Origin: Raja brachyura
Lineage: Eukaryota
NCBI GenBank assembly: GCA_963514005.1
Contig: OY740811.1
Coordinates: forward strand, 27,528,001 to 27,592,000
Direction: 5' to 3'
DNA: 64,000 nt
The stretch's first letter is position 1; each line of letters begins with the position of its first letter. Under the pieces are notes generated by a model. It did no database searches, was not told the DNA's origin, and saw nothing but the letters and a program-made list of their open reading frames with translations. Below, one piece after another: positions 37,035 through 49,622 of this stretch. Made by a program: the position numbers and the translations under genes.

Positions 37035-38511
37035 GTGAGTGGAGCGACCCCCATGGACCCGGCCTCTGTTTGGCAGCGGGACCCCCGAGAGACGAGGCGG
37101 TGGGCACCACTTCACATTCACCCCCCCCTCTCTCCGACCCAATCTGTCCACCAGCAACCAACCCCACGCTGACCAGCAGCAGGGCCCGCATCCCATCTGA
37201 CAGCTGCAGTTATATTTGTCTCAATTGGCCTCAGTACCCAAAGTATCTTTGCCCAGGGGTTAAATAAGGAAATGCTGGGAACGGAAGTTGTGCAAAAGAG
37301 CAGAGGAGCAGGAACAGGCCCTTCAGCCCACAATATCCGTGCTGACCATGATGCCAAACGTCACTAATCTCCCCCGCCTGCTGCCTGCACATAATCCACA
37401 TCCCCCCATTTCCCGCACACCCATGTGCTTATCTAAAACTCTCTTAAACGCCTGCAGTGGCCGAAGGACAGAGCTGGCCACTCGTCACAGCATCGTGAAC
37501 CCTGGCACGGCCCAGTGATCCACCTGCTATTATTTTCCTATCATCCAACGCCCAGTTCAGATCCCCCGGCCGCATGGACTGAGCGTGGGGCCTACTGGGC
37601 GGGAATCAATGTCACTGTAAACTGTGGCTCTACTTGCATGGTTTCCGGGGAGCTTGGGTGGCTGATCTTGAAGGCGAGGCCTCCCATCGTTTATGTCAGA
37701 TCTAATTTCAAAATAAGGAAGGTTACTAGGTGCTTAGTACACTGAAATTTAATAGGATATTTCACATTTCCTTCTTCTGCATATCGCTCTATAAATGATA
37801 AACTGTCAGTCGGTCGGCCTGCATTCAATGGAGTGTGGCAGAATGAGAGGGAATCCCCTAAGAATTAAAAAAAAAATCCAACCAGATTAGATATCCTAAA
37901 CTCAGGTAGGATGTTCTGGTGCTTTAAAAGTCTGGGGGAAAGTCTCAGGATATGGGGACTGCCATTTGTTCCTGAGATGAGAAATTGCATCATTCAACGC
38001 CATAGAGCATGGAAATGGGCCCTTCGGCCGAACTCATCCACAGTGACCAAGAAGCCCAATCTACTTGTCCTATTTGCCTGCAATTGGCCCATATCTCTCT
38101 CAACCTTTCCTATCCATGTACCTGTCCAAACGTATTTAAATAATGTCATTACCTGCCTCAACTACTTCCTCTGCAGCTTGTTCCATATACTCACCACCCT
38201 CCATGAGAAGAAGGTCACCTTCAGGTTCTTGTTAAATCTTTCCCCTCTCACCTTAAACCTATGTGCTCTGGTTTTTGATTCCCCTATCCCGTATAAAAGA
38301 CTCTGCATTCACCCTATCCGTTCCATTATTGTTATAAGATGTCATGTAGGAACTGTAGTAGCTCATTTGTGCACTGCAAGATCTTTCAAAATACTTCATA
38401 ATATTTGCTTTAACAATGTTGTTTGCTAAATAAATATTGTTCAGGATACTGTGCAAGCCAGAGAAATAGAATCTTTGACATTTATGTTAGGCAGATGGAA
38501 GTTAAGCTTGT

Positions 38512-38738
38512 GTAAGAAAGAACTGCAGGCAGATGCTGGTTTAAATCGAAGGTAGACACAAAAAGCTGGAGTAACTCAGCAGGACAGGCAGCATCTCTGG
38601 AGAGAAGGAATGGGCGACGTTTCAGGTAGAGTCCGTTCTTCAGAAGGAAAAAGGGTCTCGACTCGAAAAAGCGTCCATTCGTTCTCTCCAGAGATGCTGC
38701 CTCACCCGCTGAGTTACTCCAGCATTTTGTGCCTACCC
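38512..38738. mobile_element. Penelope pLTR-derived fold-back insertion with perfect 16-bp TSD
   Basis: TGGAAGTTAAGCTTGT at 38496-38511 and 38739-38754; two opposed pLTR halves lie between them. Confidence 0.85.
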
Positions 38739-41700
38739 TGGAAGTTAAGCTTGTTGACCGATAGTGCAGCTTTCCTCAATGCTGGTGCTGGATGGTTGGC
38801 CTGGATTATGGGTTGGGAACTCCAGGGTGAGATTTGAACCTACAGTTTTCTGAGACCGAGGTGACAGTGCCACACAGTTGCTCTCAGATTGCTGCTTGTG
38901 TGCTGAGTTAATGTAAGGTACTTGGAAATTAATTTAATTTGCAGCATTGACAAGCCTGGAGTGCTGGAGGAACCACGGGCACTCTAGGTTTGTTCAACTC
39001 AGCAACAAATGTATAGGAACTTGGAGTACTGACTCTACTTTCTTGCTGCCAGTAGTGCTGGTGTACCAGGCTAGCTATGGAACACCAGATCCCTCTTCAC
39101 AAACTCTGTAGACATTCTGCCAATAGATATAAAAGTGGAGGAATGTACATGATGAATTAATTTCCAACTACACATAAATATTTAACCTGTGTGCAGACAC
39201 AGCGCTGGCATACTAAGATCAGTGCAGACAGCTTGAGTTGAGCTGACATTAATCGTCTGGTGAAGTGGCTCTGTTAGTCTTGGTATCAGGACTCGTTTAT
39301 TTTCTGTCTCCTCACTTTGGTTGTTGTCCACTCAGTTTGGCCACTGACTAAAATAGTTTTAAGACACTGCATTAATTATTAGCCGTAGCAGCTATGCTTC
39401 AAAGGGTTGCACTCTTGTGTTTGTTTTAGAAGGTCATGTTTTAAACAAAAGTATTTGGCTTGTATTAGGGCCAGGTACCTGGATAGGAAAGGTTTGGAGG
39501 GATATGGGCAAATCAGGTGGAAATGGTGCAGATGGGGCACCTTGGTTGGCTTGGGAAGAAGGTTGGAATGGAATGCTTTATTGTCACATGTGACAAGGCA
39601 CAGTGAAGTTCTTTGCTTGCATGCCCTAAGGTATGCAAATAGCCATCACATAAAGGGTGTTGACAATGTTACAAAGTACCATCGCCGGCTCCTCCTTTGT
39701 TCTCCCCGTCTCCCCCCCCGCAATCCCCTTCCTCCTGGCGGTCCCTCCACGCCTGGTCCTCCATTGTTTGTCCCCCCCTTCTCCCTCACAGCGCGCCCCC
39801 CCCCCATGTTGTGTTCTCCATTGAACATTGTTCTTCCCCCTCCTCTCGGCGCCCCCCCCCCCCACACTGGGTGCTCCAATCTTCTCCCCCCCTCCCCCCA
39901 TATTCCCCCGCGCCACGACAACTCGCCCACGCCCTCATTGACCGCCGCACCACAGGTCAAACCGCGCGGCTCCCACTGACCCGTGAGGCGGTTGTGCTGA
40001 AGGGCCTGTTTCCATGCTGTATGACTATCAAGGAAAGGCTGCACCGCCTCGAGTTTGGCTTCATTTATTGTCGTGTACTGAGGTACAGTGAAAAGCTTTT
40101 TTGTTGCGCGCTATCCAGCCAGTGGAAAGACTGTACATGATTACAATCTAGCCATCCATAGCGTATAGATACATGATAAAGAGAATAACGTTTAGTGCAG
40201 GGTAAAGTCTGATTAAAGATAGTCCGAGGGTCTATAATGAGGAAGATGGTAGCTCGAGATTGCTCTCTAATTGGTGATAGGATGGTTCAGTTGCCTGATA
40301 ACAGCTGGGAAGAAACTGTCCCTGAATATGGACTGTCCTGTTTGATTCTTGCAACATTTGTTTCCCCTGTATTCCAAAATCCACCTGTTTCAGCCTTGAA
40401 TATATTTAATAACAACATCCATTAATCTTGATAGAAAACACCAAGGAGTCATAGATGACGGAGAGAAATCCCCCCTCGCCTAATATCCTAACAGGAAGCA
40501 CCCCTTTAAATTTAAATTCCACCTACCAGTGGCAAGACCGTCACATCATCTATTTCTGTGAAGTTAATTTCAGAACCCTGATTGTTTCAATGGCATCACC
40601 TCTTAATTTCTTCTAAATCCCAGAGAATGCAGGCCCATTCTGCTTAATATTTCATCAGAAGACAATCCTCATTGCAGGAATTAGTGAACTTTTCCTGTAT
40701 CCAGGTGCAGCACCTCAAAGGCAAGTATATCCTTCCCTAATTAATTTTTTGCAGTGTGCCAGATGTGATCTCGCCTTAGCCCCATATAGTTACAGCAAGA
40801 CTTTCTTACTCTGAAGAAGGGCCCCACCCACATGCCGCCCGCCCATTCCCTCCACAAATGCTGCCCGACCTGTTGTTCCTCCAGCACTTTGTGTTTTGCT
40901 CATGATTCCATAATCTGCAGTTCTTTGTCTCTCAGACTTTCTTGCCATCATTATATTCTATCTCCAACATTCTGTTTCTCTTCTTTGCTGATTGCTGTAC
41001 CTCCATGCGATTCTAGATCTCATTGAATATCAACATAAATAAAATAATAATCTACATTTCTGTGGACCTCCTTGCATTTCTCTGTATTTTTTGCCTTCTC
41101 ATTTAAATTGTGTACATCCCTATTCAGACATCTGTCTTCCCACAATTTACTTTGTTATCTTTGTACTATTAGCAAACCCAGATACATTACACACTATCCC
41201 GTCATCTGTTGTTAATACAGATGTCAAACAGCCGAGGCCCAAGCAGTTAGCCGAAATAATGCACGAGCCTTAATCCCGCAAGTCATGGTGTTGTACAGTA
41301 ATCTTTATTGTGGCATCTTATTGAATGCCTTTTGGAAATCCAAACGCTCATCCACTTCCTATGTACCCTGCTAGTTACATCCTCAAAGAACTTGATTGCA
41401 TTTGCTAAATGTGAGTTCCCTTTCCTAATGCCTTAATAATTCTGTCAGAATGTTGTTAGCCATTTTTGAAAACCCTGTTCATTGTGAATTCCAACAATCT
41501 ATAGTTTCTGTAGTAACGGACAAGTTTGTAGTTCCCTGTTTTCCCTGTTCATCCTGTTTTTAAATAGAAGTGCTATGTTTGTTATATACGCTGGAACTCT
41601 TCCAGAAACTGGAGATTACCTCAGTGTCTTATTTACATGCGTCACATTTATCCTGGAATCATAGGAATATTAACAGGACATTTGGGCATTTTACCACTCA

Positions 41701-41974
41701 ATCCAGTCCCTCCATTCAATGCAATTGTGGCAAATCAGCAGCCAAACTTGATACACTTTTTCGGCATATGTCTTGTTGAAATGAACCACTGGGCCTATTT
41801 TTAGACTTTGGCGTTACAGCATGGAAACAGGCCCTTCCGCCCACCGAGTCCACCACTGATCACCCCACACACTAACACTATCCTACACACTAGGGACAAT
41901 TTACAATTTTACCAATTTTACCAACTTCGAGCCACTGTGTCCTTACTTGCATAACCTGACTTTACATCCTGCCT

Positions 41975-42135
41975 AAGATAGACACAAAAAGCTGGAGTAA
42001 CTCGGCGGGACAGGCAGCAAGGGTCTCGACCCGAAACATCACCCATTCCTTCTCTCCAGAGATGCGGCCCGCCCCGCTGAGTTACTCCAGCTTTTTGTGT
42101 CTATCTTCGGTTTAAACCGGCATCTGCAGTTCCTT
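41975..42135. mobile_element. Penelope pLTR-derived fold-back element
   Basis: 35-bp inverted repeat 41975-42009/42073-42107 with 1 mismatch; internal GGGTCTCGACCCGAAACATC. Confidence 0.8.
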
Positions 42136-42406
42136 TTAGTACTGAGTGTTTGCAGCGATGTCAACGATTCGGTGCCTGCACCATATCTTTCAAGTTTATG
42201 CCAACAATTCATTCCTACTTGTCCCTGAACATGTGATTTTATTTATAGTAAATTTATTGGTTCCACATACCCCAATGTGTTCTTCTGATGTATTATTTCC
42301 TTTATCTGGTTAATTACTTTATAATTTTTAGCTTTTACTTTGACCAGTGCCCGAAGCACAATTTATTGCTCCCTTTTACTTGCCTCGGAGTTAGGCCATT
42401 TTTCTA

Positions 42407-42559
42407 TTATTAAATTGCAATCACCGTGTTGAAAATGCAGCAGCCAAGTTGTACACTGCAAGGTCCTGTAACGGCAACGTATCGTAAGTGGCCGTTACAA
42501 GACCTTGCAGTGTACAACTTGGCTGCTGCACTTTCAACACGGTGAATACAATTTAATAA
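42407..42559. repeat. Long near-perfect inverted repeat (69-bp arms, 15-nt spacer)
   Basis: Arms 42407-42475 and 42491-42559 are reverse complements with 4 mismatches (aligned by hand). Confidence 0.95.
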
Positions 42560-43054
42560 ATATTTCATCAACTCCAAGGTGCTTCGGCGTCATGAAAGAC
42601 AATATACACATCAATTTAAGAATAAATTTACTGTATTATTGTGGAGATAAATTAATATTGGGGCAACATTTTACTATATAATATAATTTTATGGTTGCAC
42701 CATATACTAACCTAATTCTGCTCATGGTAATTCCTTTCAGAGCATTATCCAGTTACACTGGGCGAGTTCCTGCAGAGGTCAGTTAAGAGGCTACAGACAT
42801 ACGGGCTGTAATTCTTAGTATACCTGCAGAGTTCCTTTGTACTCTTATAGCACAGAATGTTGACTCAACACTCTTGAGTTTGACGATCAAGAAATGCACA
42901 CCAGGAGGCCATTCTTCCTGCATTATTGGGGGATTTGACTTACACCGCATTGTTTTTCACCAATTTCAATAGTCTGCCTCCAAGTCCACCCCTGACTGCT
43001 GCAGAATCTTCAGATCCCAATGACTGTGTGTGTGTGTGTGTATGCTTCCTCTAG

Positions 43055-43213
43055 ATTCCTCAGAAGAAGTACAAGATTGAGAATTATTTCCTCTACTACC
43101 TCTTCCTGTTTGCTGCCACGTTGGGCCAGGAGGTTTTTTACATCACCTTCCTTCCTTTCTGCTACTGGAACATTGACCCACATGTTGCTCGGAGAGTGAT
43201 CAATGTCTGGGCA
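43055..43213 (+). CDS. SGPP2: SGPP2 exon 2 (missed by the ORF track)
   Basis: Acceptor CTTCCTCTAG|; encodes [53 protein letters not shown]; donor GCA|GTGAGT; 159 bp. Confidence 0.93.
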
Positions 43214-43780
43214 GTGAGTTTTTTCTTTTGTATATATTTCATTGGGTGGGTAATAACTGAAATGACAAAGAATTAGAATGGAAACAATCCTTCAAGGTGG
43301 TTGGCACCACAATGGCTACAATGCCTAAATTGATCTATCCTCCCCCGTTTTCCTGTCTGATTCCATTTTATGCGATGGGGATATTTTCTTATGTGAAAAG
43401 TGCAATGAAATATTAACATTATTTACTCTGAAGTGAATTCAGCATCCAGTGAATACTACATTCAAGTGGTCATTAGACGGGCCTGTGCATGTTGACAGTT
43501 GCCACTAAAGATCTTGAGCCATGCACGTCTCACCCTAGCTTCACTTGCTGATTCAGATCAACTCTTCAGACTGGAAAACACGTGGGGATGTCCCTAATTT
43601 GAGTGACTAAAACATTTAACAATTCAGCCCCAAAGGCATCTATATTTCTCATTATAAATTTTTGAAACCCTGATTGGTTGGGTCTTGATAATTGGACATA
43701 AACATCTAATGTCAGTATATCTAATGTACTGATTTCTGGATTGAAGAGATTGTGTAAACAGAAACCTCAATTACACTATA

Positions 43781-44050
43781 GCACGGTGGTACAGCAGTAG
43801 AGTTGTTGCCATGCAGCGCCAGAGACCCAGGCTCCATCCTGACTACGGGTGCTGTCTGCACGGAATTTGTACGTTCTCCCCTTGACCTGCGTGCATTTTC
43901 TCCGGGTGCTCCCTTTTCATTCCACATTCCAGGGCTGCAGGATTGTAGATTAATTGGCTTCAGTAAAATTGTCGCTAATGCCTAGGGTAGCCAGTATATG
44001 GGGGTCGGTGGTGGGCTGAAGGGCCTGTTCCGCTCTGTATCTCTAAACTA
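43781..44050 (+). mobile_element. tRNA-derived SINE (HE1/V-SINE-like)
   Basis: GCACGGTGGTACAGC...AGAGACCCAGGCTCCATCCTGAC...TCCGGGTGCTCC; tail CTGTATCTCTAAACTAA. Confidence 0.8.
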
Positions 44051-45670
44051 AGCTATTTGAGCCCAACACTCTTTAGATTATGATTGTTCTGTTAATGAGA
44101 GTGTTAACGTGAAGAGAGAATAATCTCAGTGCCAAAGATCCCAGCTGTTAGTTGATATCTGGGGAGGGACATGAGGGGAAGGCTAGGGAGGGGTGTTGCA
44201 AGAGTTTGGAACCCATGAAGTTTTTATTTGGCTGAGGCCTAAACCCTGACTCACTCCTGATTAAATGGTGTTTTCTGGTTGAATACATTCACACATGCCT
44301 TGCCTGATTATAGACAAAGCTACTTCACCACATAGTAATTTATCTGGCGCAGAACTAGTTTACCAAGATATTTTGTGAATGGCTCAGGATCACTGTCAGT
44401 GAAAGGGGAAAAAAAAACTGCCTCAAAGCACCTAGAATCAGCTAATCATTCAGGTTAAAGTAAAGATTCCGGTTATGATACAAAGCCAAATATCGGTTTT
44501 CATCGCGTCATTCATTTACCCACTCTGTAATTTTTACATGATGATGTAAAGTTCAGCCAACTTCTGTAAGGTTGTTGACCTGAGATATTAAATGTTCCTC
44601 TAACTAATTATGCCGCATGCGTTGTTGGGCGTTTCCAGCACGTTTCATATTGTAAAATTGTTATATGCAGCACAGGTCACTAAATTAAACATATAGTTAA
44701 ATTATCCAAAATTCTGACAATTGGTAACGGATATACTATCTAATACTCTGCCCAAACCACAGTGGGAGACTAATAATGACGCTACCACCATTCACGTCCT
44801 AATTGACCTCGATCTTTTGTCCATTGCCACAGTGAGTTGGGAAATAAATAACCTATTCCACGCCTGACTGGATGGTTCTTGGCAGTCCATCAACCTTTTA
44901 TCTCCAGTAGCTTAATTAATATGTCCTTTGACTAAAATAAAACCTACCTCTGTAAATTTTCCCTGGGGTTTTGCTTGAAGTAGTGAGCGGGAAGTTGATC
45001 TTTAGTTCTCGGAGGATTGGCTGGTTCCACTATTGTCCCAGCAACAGGAATATTTCATAATCAATCGACCTTACATAAACAGGGATCCTCTATAAGGAGA
45101 CATTGCAGAGTGGGTCTACAGGAAGAAGTGTGTTGTTGTGTTGCTCCATGCACATGGGAAGGAATAATGGTTCCCCAGAGCCTCGCCATCATTAGTTCAA
45201 TTGGACTTGAAAGCCAGAGAGGAATAATTCAACATGAACAATGTTAGAAACATAGAAAATAGGTGCGGATGTAGGCTATTCAGCCCTTCAAGCCAGCACA
45301 GCCATTCAATATGATCATAGCTGATCATCCAAAATCAGTACCCCGTTCCGCAGATTTCCCCAGATCCCCTGTTTATGTTTAGACCAAGGGTTTGACAGTA
45401 ATTTTACTCAATAGACTTCCAGCTTCTAGATGCTGGGTCCAGCCATTCCTCTGGAGGACTGAGTAAACACCCGGTTTGGAGCGGAAACTATGGTTATGCC
45501 AGGCTAGGTAATAAGAAGCTCCCAAGTGCACCAGTGGTGTTGGGCCCTGACACCTGCCGTGGGGGATCAGGGTTGTCAGGTAGGGAGGATGTTGTGAAGC
45601 TTATTATTACTTTTGGAGCTAGTTACCACCTCATTTGGAAGTCTCTTTCCTCGCCTTCCCATTTCCGCAG

Positions 45671-45850
45671 GTTGTGATGTACATTGGCCAGACTTCCAAA
45701 GATGTCCTAAGATGGCCGAGACCTCCGTCACCTCCAGTAATCAAGCTTGAGGTACGGGTGGATGCGGAGTATGGGATGCCTTCCACTCATGCCATGGCGG
45801 CCACTGCTATCCCCTTCACCTTCCTCCTGGCCACAATGAACAGGTACAAG
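45671..45850 (+). CDS. SGPP2: SGPP2 exon 3 (PAP2 motifs C1 KDVLRWPRP and C2 PSTH)
   Basis: Acceptor TTTCCGCAG|; [60 protein letters not shown]; donor AAG|GTGAGG; 180 bp. Confidence 0.95.
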
Positions 45851-46572
45851 GTGAGGCTGAATTATTTCCTTTATCTTTGAATGCTGGGATGTTTTTCGTC
45901 CAACTGAAATGCCTGCCTTTGCTCTATTTTAGTTCTCTCAACGATGAATCAATTATTCTACTAAAGGTGCAGCACAACATGGTGGACAATAAATCAATGG
46001 TTTCTCCTTGCACCATGCCCAGTTCTGATTCGTCAACACCCATTAGGTTGCCAGTGTCCAAGTTGGATTACATTCCTCTTACTTGTCTCTTTCACCTCCA
46101 GACAATGAATCTGACAAGCACAAACTGTGACCTGTCTGGCATCCTCCATAAATATCGTGACGTGTCTGGCACGTGGCTCAGACAAGGCACAGAGCAAATT
46201 GACTGGAATCATTCTTTGTATCGGCGCCTTTCGTTATGGGATTGTCCTTCAAGGGTGGGAGGGGATTGTTTGGAGGTATTTAAGGACTCAAAGCACGTAG
46301 ACAGTCGAGAGTGAGAGAACTTGCCCCATCAACAGAAGGGTCAGGACTCTGGGGGATGGGTGGATATGGACAGATACAAACAAGGCACAAGCAAAGCAAC
46401 TTTCATATCTCGAGTGATTACAATCTGCAATGAACCAACAGGGAATGCAAGCAGATTTAGTAGCAACCATGGGGTGGATGGATAGTTACTTAGTCATAGC
46501 AGGGAAGCAGAACATTCTGCCCAGTTTGCCTACACTGATCTCTCATTTGGATATTGCTAAGGTGTCATGCAA

Positions 46573-46703
46573 GTCTGAAGATGGGTTTCGACCCGAAATG
46601 TTGCCTATTTCCTTCGCTCCATAAATGCTGCCTCAGCCGCTGAGTTTCTCCAGCATTTTTTGTCTACCTTTAATTTTCCAGCATCTGCAGTTCCTTCTTA
46701 AAC
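46573..46703 (+). mobile_element. Penelope pLTR-derived element
   Basis: CTGAAGATGGGTTTCGACCCGAAATGTTG at 46575; CATGCAA on both flanks. Confidence 0.7.
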
Positions 46704-47224
46704 ATGCAACTCAAATTCTTTGGTTGTTGCCTGTTATCCCTTTGTATAAAACGTGGCAGTCCCTTTATTTAATTGCACAGACACCGTTTTGTTGTTCACA
46801 GGTTGATGTCCCATTTACCTGCATTTGGTCCATATGCCTCTGAACCTTTCCGATCCATGCAGGGCTATGGGGAGGGGTTGGAGAAGTGTCGATGAGCTGG
46901 GCTCCTCCAGCAGAGAGCTCGATGGACTGAAAAGCCTCCTCTTGCTCTGTAGCCATTCTGTGATTCTTGTGGAGTGCTGATGAGTGGGCACATTCTGCCC
47001 TGTGGCACGTGTTAGCAGGTTAGGAATTAACTAGGATTTAACCCTGGCCTTTGTTGGGTGAGGAAGTCTCTGGCTCAGAGACAGGCAGTGAGATCAAAAC
47101 TGGCCTCCTTGACCCTGGCTAAGTGAGGGGAAAACTAAGGAGCAGAAAGTGACTGAGGCTTCATTTTTGAGGTCTAAGACTCCTTGGAAACGGGTTCAAG
47201 CCTCAGTACAGAGAACAAATCTAA

Positions 47225-47500
47225 AGATACAGGACGGAAACCGGCCGTTCGGCCCACTGAATACACGTCATCCAGCTCTCACCTTACACGTACACTGTCC
47301 TACACACTCGTGGCTATGTACAATTTTTACTGAAGCCAATTAACCTACAAAGCTGTACCTCTTTGGAGTGTGGGCGGAAACCGGAGCTGAGGGAGAAAAC
47401 GCATGCGATCACGGGAGAACGTACAAACTCCGTACAGACAGCGTCCATAGTCAGGATCTAACCCGGTCTCTGGCCCTGTAAGGCAGCAACTACTGGCTAC
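47225..47500 (-). mobile_element. tRNA-derived SINE (HE1/V-SINE-like)
   Basis: Reverse complement of the same consensus. Confidence 0.78.
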
Positions 47501-48176
47501 TCGCAGCTCACTGGCCTGTATGTAAATCCTGACGGGTGCATGGATCCGCCTGTGTGTTTGCACACATCCACTCTGATAAATGGGCAGAAACACACACACA
47601 AACACTTCTCTCCTCACCATTTGCTTCCCCCTTCCTAATCTCCTTGATCACAGACCATCGCAAAGAGTGTGGCATGCGGAGATAGAGAGGGAGATTGCTG
47701 CGGTCGAGGCTCTCACTGTCTTTTCACGCTGACTCCATAAGAGAGGAAGCTAAACAAGGAGGAACATGCTTTAAACGCTCGATAACTGGAGCCAGGTGTT
47801 CCCTGAGCAGAGCTGCCAAGAAGCCTTTAAAATAACTGGCAAGGTCATCTCCAAGCTCAATAAAATCTAATTGCTGTGAAAGTGACTCCCTATCTGGTTA
47901 ATCAGTTACTACTGAGTGTCGAAAAAAGAATTCCAGCCTCCACATTCACCAAGCTCACAAGCAAAGAGTTTTGCTCTCAGTTTGCTCCACAAAAGCTGTA
48001 GGCCGGGCAGAAAAAGGGATAACAAAACATTCAACCTGCAACGCACAGTGCAGGTTAACTACTGGTCACACATTCTCTACCTATAACATTGATTTTGTTG
48101 GACACCCCCTTCCTGCTTGGAGATGCATGTACTGTCATAATTAGTTGCTGAAAATGTGGGAGCCAATTCTATGTAT

Positions 48177-48455
48177 AGTGGTGCAGCTGGTATAACTGTT
48201 GCCTCACAGTGCTGGAGACCTGGGCTCTGTCTTTGGCTGTTGTCAGTGTGGAGTTTGCATGTTCTCTTTCTCACCACCTAGGTTTCCTCTGAGTGTTGCG
48301 GCTTCCTCTCACATCCTAAAGAGGTGCAGTTGATCGGCCTTTGTACCTTGTGCCTCTTGTGCAGGAAGTGGCTGAGAAACTGGGATAACATGCAACTAGT
48401 ATGAGCTGGTAATCGATGGCCGGCATGGACTGTTTCCAAGCTGTCTCTACACATA
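48177..48455 (+). mobile_element. tRNA-derived SINE (degenerate)
   Basis: Same consensus, more diverged. Confidence 0.7.
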
Positions 48456-49532
48456 AACAAAGTGTTAAATGAGGAGATAATCTATTTTTAATGATGTACA
48501 GGATTAAAAACAATGACATGAACTATAGAAACGGCTCCTTTTCTTTGAAGAAGACTTTTTCCATCAGTCTGAAAGGCAGCACTCTGTCAGAATGACACTT
48601 TCACTGCAGCTTTGGTGAGATCAGGCTAGATTTTGTTCCTAGTCTTTTGAAAGTGCTATGTTCTGACCTTTGAACGAAAGTGGTCTCTGTCCGTTTAAGC
48701 TGAAATGCAAAATGTTCATAACAAATTGAGGATGCACCTATGGAATGATCCGTTGCATGGATTGCGTTGGAACCCATACACTCAACCTTTGTAAAATGAT
48801 GCGATTCTAGTTTGATTTATGGCGATATGGAAATTCCCTACACAAAATCAGCAAATCATCAGATTAGCTTGGGTTTTATTCCCAAAACTCCATTTTGACT
48901 ATGTTTTCCTGGGGTTAGAGGTCGTTAAACCCTGGTCCCGATCTTGCCTGTTCCTTGAGATTGCCTGGGTTTACTGGAAATATTTGAGTTGGTCTCACTG
49001 CACTACAGTCTCTCGTTCAAAGGTCACAGGCACAGCTAGTTGGAGAGAGCTGTGTGTTTGGCTTATAAAATGTATTTGATAGCCTTGGGGCTTTGCAAAG
49101 CAGAGAGCTGTGTCTGTAGTGAGATCTTTATTTCACACAAGAAGATGCAAGGAGCAGGATTAAGCTGTGACATTGACTGGGGACTATGGGTGACGCACTG
49201 CACAGCCAGAATTAGAACACATACAGCCGAACATTTGAAGATCAGTCCCGTAGTGTGAAATGAAATGTGGGTTCATGATTTTGGATGTCAAGGATTATAT
49301 TTATCCCAAGCAACCCAGTCCCATCACATTTACTTAGATCCAGAGTGTCGACTGCAACTGCTCCCACTTGAATTAGCACTGACCTCAGAGGGAAATAGAA
49401 TTCGATAGGTTTTAAAGAGGTTCTGAATCTAATCCGTGTGGTTCCTGTCCATGTATTGTCTGATGGGCAGTGCAGAGAGAGCGTTTCATGGTATCGAACC
49501 CATTAAGTAACTCTGTGTCTCTTTTTTTTCAG

Positions 49533-49622
49533 TACCCCTTTGAGCTGGCATTGGTATTTGCTGTAGCCATTTGTACCTTGGTCTCACTCAGCCGTATTTA
49601 CACAGGAATGCATACAGTTCTG
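49533..49622 (+). CDS. SGPP2: SGPP2 exon 4 (PAP2 motif C3 SRIYTGMH)
   Basis: Acceptor TTTTTTTCAG|; YPFELALVFAVAICTLVSLSRIYTGMHTVL; donor CTG|GTAAGG; 90 bp. Confidence 0.95.

Larger units (their letters stand above)
36640..37100 (+). promoter_or_regulatory. SGPP2 CpG island / promoter
   Basis: Abrupt very GC- and CpG-rich block (repeated GGCCGG and GCG runs) spanning the start codon, against a CpG-poor background. Confidence 0.75.

Noticed and set aside
36205-37196. Multiple overlapping 110-180-aa ORFs on both strands
   Set aside because: Stop-poor CpG island plus Penelope repeat; only the frame from 36786 matches SGPP2.
39407-40140. 190-aa and 147-aa ORFs
   Set aside because: They span a C-rich retroposon and LINE tails; low complexity.
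46230-46470. Possible Penelope RT remnant
   Set aside because: Only a vague resemblance; too degenerate to support.
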